This document shows, in pieces, positions 51,382-61,900 of a stretch of 64,000 nucleotides of DNA. This stretch comes from Trichodelitschia bisporula. Lineage: Eukaryota. A program made the position numbers and the translations under genes. Position 1 is the first letter of the stretch. Each line of letters opens with the position of its first letter. Where the stretch lies: positions 1,122,174 to 1,186,173 of the forward strand of contig ML996691.1 of assembly GCA_010356995.1 (NCBI GenBank), read 5' to 3'. A model generated the notes under the pieces. It saw only the letters and a list, made by a program, of their open reading frames with translations. It made no database searches and was not told the DNA's origin.

Positions 51382-52901
51382 TTACAATATCAACCCGAGA
51401 AGCCCCTCAATCCCCTTCGCTCCCTTCGCCGCCTTGGCCGCGTTCCCCGTCCCCGCCGCCTTAGGCGCCCCCTTCGCAGCAGTCCCATTCCGGCTCCCCT
51501 TAGCAGCAGTCAACGTCCCCGTCCCCTTCGGAAGCTTAGGCGCCGTCCCCGTCCCTTTCGGAAGCTTAGGCGCCGTCCCCGTCCCTTTCGGAAGCTTAGG
51601 CGCCGTCCCCGTCCCCTGCGCAACTCCCGCGCCCTTCCCAGCTCCATTCCCGGTAGCCTTCGCACTCCCAAGCCCAAGCTTCCCCGTCCCCTTCGCGGCT
51701 CCGGCCCCCTTCCCGGTAGCCTTCGCATTCCCAAGCCCAAGCTTCCCCGTCCCCTTCGCGGCTCCGGCCCCCTTCCCAGCTCCCTTCCCAGTCGCCTTCG
51801 CACTCCCAAGCCCAAGCTTCCCTGTCCCCTTCGCGGCCCCGGCCCCCTTCCCAGCTCCCTTCCCGATCGCCTTCGCACTTCCGAGCCCAAGGTTTCCGGT
51901 TCCCTTCGCGCCCTTCGCGGCCCCGGCTCCCTTTCCTGCTCCAGCTGCCTTTGCAGTCCCGTTCGTCGCGCCCTTGGCTGCCGTGATCGTGCCCTTGGCC
52001 GCCGTGGCAGCTACACCCGTGCCCTTCGCCGCACCCACGCCCTTGCCTGCGCCCTTCGCCGTGGCTTTCGGCGCGCCTTTCACGGACGTCGCCAGCGTGG
52101 TCGAGCCCTTGCCCGCGCCCTTAGCGGGGGCCTTAGGGGCTGCTGCGCCCGTCCCGGTACCGGCGCCGGTGCCAGCGGTAGAGTTCGTGCTGCTGAGGGT
52201 GCGCATGATGAAGTCGACGCTATCGGGCACGGCGCCGTTGGTAGCGTAGGCGAGATGCGCGGCTGAGATCAGGAACATGGAGTTGCAGACTTGGTCGCCC
52301 TGGTTACAGTTGATTTTGGTGTTGGCCGCGGGGATGTTCTGGAAGGGTTGCTTCATGAGGGGGTCGCCGAAGGTGACGGCGGCCTAGGGGGGGTTAGTGT
52401 CTAGTTCACGGCGTTGAGGAGGTATGCTTACCGCGACGTTGTTCTGCGCGGGCAGATTCATCAGCGCGCCGCGCACTTGCTCGGCGCCCTGGCTGTATCC
52501 GGCCAGTACGACTTTGCTGCTCGGACATGCGGTCGCGACTTTCATTGCCATGGCGGCCATGTTCTTTGCGCCGGCGGCGTTCTTGGGGTTGGTTGCGCCG
52601 GACGTCGCGCCTTGGATGTTGGCTGGGTAGTTCACGCCTTGCACGGCGACGGCGTCGGCGCCCAGAGCTTGCTTCATGGCCGTGGAGAGAGCCGGTCCTA
52701 CGGTGCTGCCTAGGTTGCCTTGCTCGGTTGTACCACGGGCGAAGATCAGGGTTACCGGCCGACATGTCCCGTCCGTCACGTCGTTGGCGCTGATTTGGCC
52801 TGAGGGGTTAGTGGGAGGCGAGGATGGGGAGGGAGGGATGTACCTCTGTTTTGTGCGGCGGCGATGGCCGCAAGGGAGAGAAGGGCGAGAGAGGTGTGCA
52901 T
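51382..52901 (-). CDS. Secreted cutinase (CE5) with a ~270-aa Lys/Gly/Ala/Thr-rich C-terminal tail, ~475 aa. Exons 52901-52844, 52799-52432, 52383-51382
   Basis: Signal peptide MHTSLALLSLAAIAAA, CRPVTLIFARGTTEQGNLG, nucleophile GYSQG, AVTFGDP, CNQGDQVC and AAHLAY (Ser-Asp-His triad). Two GT-AG introns. Confidence 0.95.
51510..51940 (-). repeat. Coding repeats in the cutinase tail: ~4x 20-24-aa KGTGKLGLGSAKATGKGAG(KGAG)AA and 3x 10-aa KGTGTAPKLP (30-nt unit)
   Basis: Directly visible in DNA and protein. Confidence 0.9.
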
Positions 52902-55481
52902 GGTGATGATGTCGTCTAGTGTATGTCTAAATGGAGAAGAAGATCCAAACACCCTCGATCAACGAGAGTCTAACCAACGAACGAGATATTAAAGAGAGAG
53001 TTAAAGGTCCTAAGCGCGGAAAGGAACGATACCCGCAAATCCTATTAGTTGAAGAACTAGAACACTGTTCCAAGCACCATCACAGCAGCAGCACCCGTCT
53101 GCTAAGTACTCGCAGACCCCAAGCGTCTGGCCCGTCAGTCACCACTTCATGCGCATTCGTTTTCGCCTCAAACCCGTCATAGTCTCGGGAGTCCGGACAG
53201 AAACGCACATCATGCCGTCCAGCCTCGAACTCGAGTCTCGGCCCATCCAGCGGACACCGTCATCATTAGCCCGCATCCAGAAATCTGGGCGATCTCACGC
53301 CTCCCGCGGCCCCGATCTACACCCCACTTCCCACGCCTCAGCATGTGCCCGGGTCGGAATCAAGCATAACGTCCAGGGGGTTGGAGAGGCGAAGGGTATT
53401 TCCCACCACTCACGCCGCGTCCCAAAAACAGCAGACCGAGATGAGCAGGACCAGCAGCAAACAACGGCTTCTAGCGTCCGCTAAGCTTCTCTCCAAGATG
53501 CTACAGGTAGCGCGGCGCGGCGGTCTGAAACCCTTCTCGAAGCGCAGCCGAAACCGCGACGGCCATGCCGTGGCGCGGGCCGAAGCTTGGCGGGCCGAGG
53601 CGGGAGGTGCATTCGACACGCGAAGTGCGCGGGGTGTCAGAGTGTGGGTTGGAGGAGGTGGGGGCTGGAGGGAGGGGAAGGCGTGATGGGACGAGACACC
53701 AGTGTGCCTCGGCGGATGCTTGTGCGGTCTGAAACGGCTTGTGCTTTGTGGGGATTTTGGGTGGGTGTGGGTGTGACAGCTTGAGCGTTGCGAGACCGAT
53801 TTACAGATAGCGGGAGATGGGCGGATGGGTGATGTTTGTCCGTTGTTGATGGGTTTGGATTTGTGGTGCTGAGGCCGTGTCGTTGAGTTGAGGAGGTGAG
53901 GCTGGTGATAGTGGTCGGTGCGCAGGGGAGGTGCGAGGCGGCGCACGTGAATCGGGTAGTCAGGGAAGGCTGACTCGGTTAAAGGGCAACCTGTTGCAAA
54001 TGTCACTGGCTGCAGAGACTTGTATGGGCTTGCTACATATTTGAAAGGGGACGGAGTCTACCACACTTGAGTCGAACAGCCAACATCCGGAAGCCTCAGT
54101 CTCCCTCTACAGTCTTGTCCCGCACCCGACTACAACGCCGCATACTGCCGTACGTACCGGTACCTCTCACCACCACGCAGGCCCGGTCCCAGATCCAGTC
54201 AATTGTCCGCTGAGGAAGCCAACCAAATGAAGCGGTTAAGGAACCATAGAACAGCTAAGGTTATGCTACATCACCAAGTCACGTGCAACTCCACAAAGGA
54301 AGCCTCTGCATTCAGACCTCACATCATCTTTGCAGCATCACCGACTCGGAGCACAAGTTATGGTAAAAATCTCATCCATTCCACAACGGGCTAATCTAGC
54401 TACAGCGCCAACCACCAGCGCGCCGGGGGGACCATTGGAGCCAAAATCTCTCCTCTGGGAGTATGAAGCCGCGAAAGTTTCCAACGCCTTGCTTTGCCCC
54501 ACGACGCCAGCAGCCCACCCATCAGGACCAGACCAGGTCGTCCAAAACCCAACAACCTCCCCCGCTCCCGCTCCGCTGTGACATAGAATGAGATCTCAAC
54601 TCCTCCTCCATCTCTTCTCCGTACATGGAACGTGGTGCATGTCCTCATTATCGTTGATCGTCCGATTTTATGGATAAGCAACGTCGCGAGAAGGTTGTCG
54701 TGAGAGTGAGAAAGAATAAACACCACGAACGACATGCGTCAGACAAAGGAGCAAGAAAACAGTAGAACCGTTCGAGAAAAGGAAATTCGTTAAAGTTTCC
54801 ACGCGGAAAGATCAGTAAGGAGTGTGATGTTATCGCTTTTCCCCCCTCCAAAAAGAATAGTACTAGGCTTCCCGCTCCATGCTCAGCACAAAACCCCAAG
54901 TTCATCAAACAAAAAACCGTCAAATATCTCTAGCGTAAGATCTCGGGGCGTGCCTGGCTCTAAAAGTACGAAAGAAGGAAGCCAAAACAAATGGATCCAC
55001 GGGGGAAAGTCGATAACAAAGCTTCGGAGCAGTCGTCAGAAATTAAGTACATAAATGGGCGTTTGTCCCCATCCTTTTTGTGCAATGTCAACAAAAAGAA
55101 GCCGTTCGCAATGCGGTTGTTGGGAGAATCGTTGAACGCTCATGGACGTGTCATCAAAGTCGTCACTTACGTGAGCATCGAAAAGAGAAGAAAATCAAAG
55201 GCCGGCTAGTCGAATGAGAATGAAGGAAGTGGTTCAAGTCGTCGTGTTTTGGAGCGCCGGGGGGCGGGGCGCTCAAGATCGGAATGAAAGGGCGGCTTGG
55301 CAGAGGAGGTCCCGGGCTCAGTTGAACCCAGGTCTACCAAATCATTCAGCGGCATGCTGTGTAGATGCCGAGGGCGCATAGGGCAACAGAGGAGGATGAG
55401 GCCGATAAGCCGGATATGTCCTGCCGGTGCTACGGCAAATGCACCTCCACTCCAGACGGGGCATCAGCAGTGACGTCCAGC

Positions 55482-57410
55482 TCAGTTTGGCCGCCTGTTG
55501 CGGCTCGGAGCAGCTGTCGCACGAGGCCGATTTGCGGCGTAGGGACTGCCGCCTACGGGACCACCCTCGTTCGTCTCATGTGCCGTCTTTTGTCGCTTTC
55601 CGTCGGCCTCCTCGTCATCCTCCTCATCGCGGCCACGCTTGTTCGAGATGCTCGGCTGCATGCTCGTGTACAAAGGCACATAGTTCTCGCCGCCATTGAC
55701 GCTACGCGGTTCCATCACGCTATACACGTTACTGGATGCTGCAGGCGCCGTGTTGCGTGCTGGAGTACTATAATCGCCAGCCCATTGCGGAGCGGACCCA
55801 GATGCGGTTCGAGGAGTGGCGCGTCCAGAGCCATTTTGGTGTGGCGATGCAGCGATATTGTCCTGCGGCACGTCAGACGAGATTGGTGTTACGCCCGAGT
55901 TCGGATATTGATATGAGCTGCGCGCCGTGCTGTAGTAGTGGTCCGACTCCTGCTGGTCGTGCTCGGCCTCGTCATCGCCCGCCGGGTGTTGGCTGCCCGA
56001 CTGGCTGAGTAGTCCGTCGTGCGCAGACTTCACGTCCCCAGAGTCGCCTTCGCCAGCGCGGGGAGGAGGCGCCATCTCGGACTTGGGATATGCTTGGCCG
56101 GGATATCGCATTTGGTACTGGCCCGGTTGGCTTGCGGGCGCGGTCTGTACGGGGCGGTAGTTGTCGTAGGCCTGAGACGTTGAGTATGATGGGATACCGG
56201 AAATTGGTGGTGTTGACACGGGAGGTGTTGGTACATTGCGGGCGTTGCTGAGACCAGTGTCAATGTTCAAAGATTGTGAGTTGCCGTTATTCCATTCGTA
56301 CGTGTTTGGCTGCTGGCTGCCCATGTTAAAGTGGCCCGTAGCACTGGCAGGAGGGGTTGGGAAAGTCGCAGCACGCTCGATCAACGGCCGTGGTGGTGGG
56401 TGCGGTGCCAACGAGTGGGGGGGTGCCGGTTGTGAGGCAGGAACGGCATTGCCCATGGAATGGTGATGCACCAGCGACTGATTTGACGTCGGGGGGAAGC
56501 GAGTATCCCTGCGACGGTCGGCTACCGCTAACGGGTTGCTTTGGGGAACACCAGGACGAGGGTTGTTTGTAGGATGATATAATAGCGCTCCAATATCATG
56601 CACGAAAAGCGGATACAGTGCCTCCGTGATCTTCTCCTTGTTGGCGAATTCCAGCGCCCGTTCGAAAGGAATCCTGAGAAGTCAGTTTGAGTCGGTCATT
56701 TTTCAGTTTACTTACCAAACACCCTTGAGGTGCATGGGCCCGATCTTGACAACGTGGCGGGTCTTCTCGCTCTTTAGAATGCCATCCCGACGGCCGCGCG
56801 TCATACCCGCCACATTTAGCAACTTGGTGCCGTTAATCATATGATTGTCTGCGTACGTTAGCGGATATCAAAATTTAACAAAAGGCAGAACAAACCTTCG
56901 CGCCGTGCGACGCACACACCCTTTGCTTCGACCTGGAAGCAAAGGCTGCCCTCATCTTCCCACAAGGTCGCCGTTACTCTGGGCTTCATGCCAGGAGGTG
57001 CTATTTGGCCACTGGTGTCAAACCCGGGGCCGTTGCTGTATTGCGAGCTCGTCAGGGATGTGGAATTTGGCGCTGACGACATCGCTGCTCAAGTTAGCAC
57101 GACTCATACAGGTATTGATCACCATACCCGGTAATGAGGGTGGTTGGGGCATCATAGACATGGACGTCGTAACAGGAAGGACGGGGTGCACGGGGAGAGG
57201 CCCAGGCGGAGGTGCCGCTGACATACCGGCATACTGATATTGGCCGTACGATGACGAGGGTCCAGTGTACGTCTGGTGTCCCGATTGCAACGGGGCAGGT
57301 TGATACGCATAATGACCCAGGGTTGGCGGTGGTCCTGACGTCGCAGCATGATGTGAGAGTGCCATATGGTTCTGATGAACGTCGTTGTACGGCGCAATTG
57401 CAGAATTCAT
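55482..57410 (-). CDS. stuA: APSES transcription factor StuA/Asm-1, ~598 aa from the first AUG. Exons 57410-57128, 57084-56896, 56848-56716, 56673-55482. A CUG start at 57803 would add 131 aa
   Basis: APSES domain after splicing: [109 protein letters not shown]. Also [17 protein letters not shown] and C-terminal KRGRDEEDD. Confidence 0.97.
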
Positions 57411-57803
57411 GCTGCCGTGAGAGTACTCTGACTGAAAGTGGAACGGAGGAGACGTGTGCTGGGATGACGTAGTTCCGTACGGGGACTCTTGATCGTTCAA
57501 CGTCCCGGCACGGGAAAGCGACTGGGCGGGGGTGTTATCGGGAGAAGGTGTCTTGAAGCCGGTCGTTCCTTGGCCGTTTACTGACGGGGAAAACGAAGTG
57601 GCGGAACTCGCACTGCCGTTATACACGGAAGATCCGCTAAAGGATCCGCCCCGAGGGGAGGGGGACGCCGAATTGGACTGCGCCTGTATCTGGGGTAGCG
57701 CCGGGAGCCGTTCACTGTATGCTAGCCGTGGTGTGCACTGGGGGTTGCACCACGCTGCTTCGCCGCCCCGGGAGTTGACCTGGGAAATCGAGGGGAGAGC
57801 CAG

Positions 57804-58983
57804 TTTTGCGTTGTTCAATTTACTCGGCTTTCGCGCCAGGTATCGGGACCCTTCCAACTGCAGAGCTGGGAGAGAAAATCGTGTACTGCAATTGCACGGA
57901 TTAGGTACTGCGGAGGGACCGAAGCAAGCAGTTCACAACTTACTTGATCTGCGCAGGTAGCCGATGCTGGTACGCGCAGAGATTGTTGCGACGGTACGAA
58001 TCAACTGGTCGTGACGGTCGAGTTTATAAGGTTGTATCAAACGGACGGTTGCTTTCCAATGCAGCAACGACGTTGATGTGGATGGGGCAACCTGGATTGG
58101 GACGGCACGTGTTAGCGGGCTTAGCTTTCTCTGGCGACTCAGCTGCACGCTCTAAGCGCGCGATAATGAGATGCGGCTGACTGACGAGCACGATAAGGCT
58201 CCGACATAATCAGAGCCCAAGAGCAATTATAGAACACGTACCGGTGACACGAGGCTAAAAACACGACTCTAGGAAGATCTGGAGGCTCGCAGTCGGAGGA
58301 GAAGCGAGACAGTAGGGCCTGCGTAGCGGAAAAATAGTCGTTCCTGCGGGTTCGTGCTCCTGACAATGGGGAATTTTATAAAGCAGAACTCCAACGCTGC
58401 GACGATGCGAAGTCGTTATGGTCGTAAGAAATTCGTTTCGGGGTTTGCTTCGGGCCGTTTCGTGGGGGCAATGGATCGTGAGGGCGGCAGCCAACGCAGT
58501 TGACAGGATACCAAAAAGATATTGGTCGAGATGCGTAAGAACTGGTAGACGTATTGAAAGCACTCTACCCGCCGGGAGACAGAGCGTTGGTAAAATCGGT
58601 GCTGATTGCGGGGAATTGGTGGGAAAGGTTGCGAGAGAACTGGTCTCGAAATGCGCAAGACGGTGATGATTTGGGGGGATCGTGAAAATTCGTAAAAAGT
58701 CGTAATCTCGTAGCCGGCACACACGCGCACACGCTCCTATGGATACAGGAATCGTCGCAAGAAAACACACAATGGGTTGAAGGAATAGTCGTGTGCGTGT
58801 TGACGGTACAGCAACCTGCGCAGAGCGGAAGGAGAGAGGTCAGCAAAAGGACTACGCGATGAACAATTGCGCAGGAAGCACGGTAGGACGAAGATGGCAC
58901 TACACTGGTTGGACCAGCACGTAGCCGCTGAGAGGTGGGAAGTGAGGGGAGTGTGCGAGTGGGTTGGATGGTGGGGGAACGAA
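57804..58983 (-). promoter_or_regulatory. Long spliced 5' leader of stuA with two candidate leader introns (58241-58092 and 57943-57858)
   Basis: Intron signals GTACGT..GCTAAC..CAG and GTAAGT..CCTAAT..CAG; minus-strand ATG is almost absent. The 5' end of the transcript is unknown. Confidence 0.6.
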
Positions 58984-61900
58984 CATGCACTTCAATCTGC
59001 GGGTGGAGAATGGTGAGGGGTGGAGGATTGCGTGGTGTGGTGAGAGCGAAGAGAGGTGGAGGGGGAGGAGACGGGAGAGTGGAACCGCGAGAGAGGACAG
59101 CTGCAAAATGCAGACCCAATGCGGGAGGGGGTGGGGGAATCGGAGGTTTAGAAACGGAGAAGGGAGGGGGAGAGGGGTGGGTGGTAAGGTGGGTGGTAGG
59201 TGGGTGGATGGGGAGGAGGGGGGGGGGTGGGAGGTTGGGATGTGACCACTAACCAGTCCGCGGAGGGCGGCTGGGTCTGGGGCGCCCGGCCGCTGGTGCA
59301 GCTGGTGCGCTGTGGCCTGTGTTGTCGTGCCGGGTGCCTCTGAGATAGGCGAAGGGCTAAGGAAGAGAAAGAGGCGCGAGAGGCGGAAGCTCGGGCAGGG
59401 CCAGGCGGACCACCAGCAAATGTGTCCTGGCCGCTACACATGCACACACCTTCCCTACTTCTGTCTCTATCCTCTTCTCTCTTTATACGCTGTACAAACC
59501 CACACTCCGGGGAGGGAGTAGAGTCGATAGTAAGAGATGTTGGTTGGGGAATGGGGAGAAGAAGGAAAGTGAAGTGAGAAAGAAAAAAAAAACAAGATCG
59601 AAAGGGAATAGTGGTGGTGGGCTTACCCGACGAACGGTTCAAGACGCGATTGAGGCGGAGTGAGCTCCCCGTGTGTGAACCACTTGCGAGAAAGGAAAAA
59701 GCCCTGTGGCTGGTGTATAAACTTTTCACTCTTGAACCACCGGACACGAGCCGTCAGGTCAGCCTTGGAGATTTGGCGAATCCGGGCCGAATGTCGTGGA
59801 GGAAAAGGACAAGAGAGGAAAGAAGTCTGTCAAGAAAGATCCAGGCGGACTTTTAGTTGCTCAATGTAGAAAATATGGATGAGAGAGGGTGAAGGTGAGA
59901 ATATGGCGAGAATGCTTGCCAATGCTGCTTGTGCTGCTGTTGCTGGCTAGCCTGCAGGATGCGAAATGCTTGGTCTTCTGGGGTCAAGGAAGGTTAGACG
60001 GTAGTGGTGCTTGACCTCCGGACATCAAGCTGCTGGTCGAAGTGGGTGAGGAAAATGAAGATAGCGAACGTAATGTCACGGCCGAGAAAAGCGGCAGCGT
60101 TTCCGTCCAAAAGAGTTCCCAAGAAGCTCAAGAAAGCTTCTAAGGAAGGGGGTGCGCGTCGAGTGAGAAACTTGTTCCTGAGTTGAGTGTGAAGTCTCTC
60201 TGCACCCCGTACATCGGCAAAGGATGAACAACTGGCAAGGCGGACAAGGTCGTGTACTATGTCGCTTTGCCGCACTGGCCGCTTGAATTCCTTTCCTTAG
60301 ATCCTGTGAAAAGAGTACTTTCCCCCTTGGGTCTGAGTTGAAAGCAGGTGCAACGGTTCAACACAAAAGACGACTACGCGTAGCCGTGTTGCCGGTTGAA
60401 GTGAAGCAGTAAGAACAAAGGTCTCAGAATAATAGCGAGCGGGACGGCGCGTTGTTGCTGGGATCAGAAAGGGCCAGGCGAGCCACAGGCGCGCAGGACA
60501 AGCTACAGGACGCAGGTCGAAAGATAGATAGTACGGAGGGGAGGTGGGTGGTCGGGGAAGCTAACGGGGGTATGGTTGAAGGTGGGGGGAATATGTGTGC
60601 GTGTCGCTTACTGCAGTAGACGAAGGAAGAGGGGAGGATAGGTAACCTTAAAGACGAACAGGCAAAAGATGTGCCAAATTACTTGGTGACTTGTGTCTAG
60701 AATTATTCGGCGCAGCGAATGCCGGTTTAATTCAACAAATCCAGCCAGATTTCACAAAAGGGCAACAGAGGAGGCGTGCTTGGATGGGATGGAGGGGGGG
60801 TAATGCTTGGTAGAAGGGTGTGGGTGTGGAGTGAAGAAGGGAGGGGGGGAAGTGTGGTGCTCCCTTTTGGAGCTTCAACTTCTTTTTCAAACCATGGAGC
60901 ATTTCTCGCTTCGCTCTCTCCCGCGGCTCACTCTCTCGCTCTCGATTTCTCCGGTGGGCCATGAGCCCCCTCGCGAGCCCACGAGTCCCGGCGCACGATT
61001 TGGGATACACTTCCTACGGGAAGCTCAACCAGGACCATGGGAAGTAAGCATAAGAGGGCAAAAAGGCCTTTGCCCCGATTCATCTTCAAAGCTTGAACAT
61101 CCCCATCCTATCGTCACGCCTTCCGTGACTGCCAGCAAATTCGCGAAGGAAAGATTGAGCCCGGCCAGCTGTGTCCAACGGAGCTCGTTCATCCTGAAGC
61201 AAAGCCGCGCAGCAAATCGGGGGTCGGAAAGGGTACGAAGAGAGAGGGGCAGGGCAAACCGGCGGTGGTGTGGCTGGCCCAAGAGAACCATTGGCCACAC
61301 CCGGCACGAAAAGAGTCTTGGGGGGGCCAAGAGTCGCGAGTCGACGGCTTTTTGGACAGGCCTTCCATGTCCATAATTTTCGCCTCTCTTCTTGCTCTTG
61401 TGGCTTGAGAGCCTTTTCCACGGTCTCTTTTCCTACCCTAGGCGGCTTTTGAAAGGGTTGAATTGAACTGTGCGGCGTACCATGCATGGGAGGGGTGGTT
61501 GGTTGGCTGACAAGTTGATGGTGAGATGGGAAAATAGGAAGTCGGGAAAGAGAGACAACACGATGGTAGTACCGTTGTGTTCATCCACGACAATAGCTAT
61601 CCGCACCTCGTCTTCGCTCCATACGGCATATGCTCTTTGATATCTCTCATGTCCATATCTACCCGTTTCCGCGTGTCGACGATGACACAAAGCAGGGCTC
61701 TTGGCAGGTTCGCAGGCTGGAAGTAGCGGGAGCGGAAGTGCAAGATGAGCGGAAGAATGAGGGTGGAGAGTGGAGACTTGGTGGAGGAGACGAGTGAAGC
61801 CGGGTGTGGTGGGCGAAGCGAAGCAGACTGACGACAAAGACTTGAGCATGGAGTTGTGACAGAGAGTGAGAGAGTCACGGAAGTTGCTTGAGCTTTTGCC

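Noticed and set aside
51313..52266. Plus-strand Arg/Pro-rich and Pro/Phe/Ala-rich ORFs
   Set aside because: Antisense shadows of the cutinase tail repeats.
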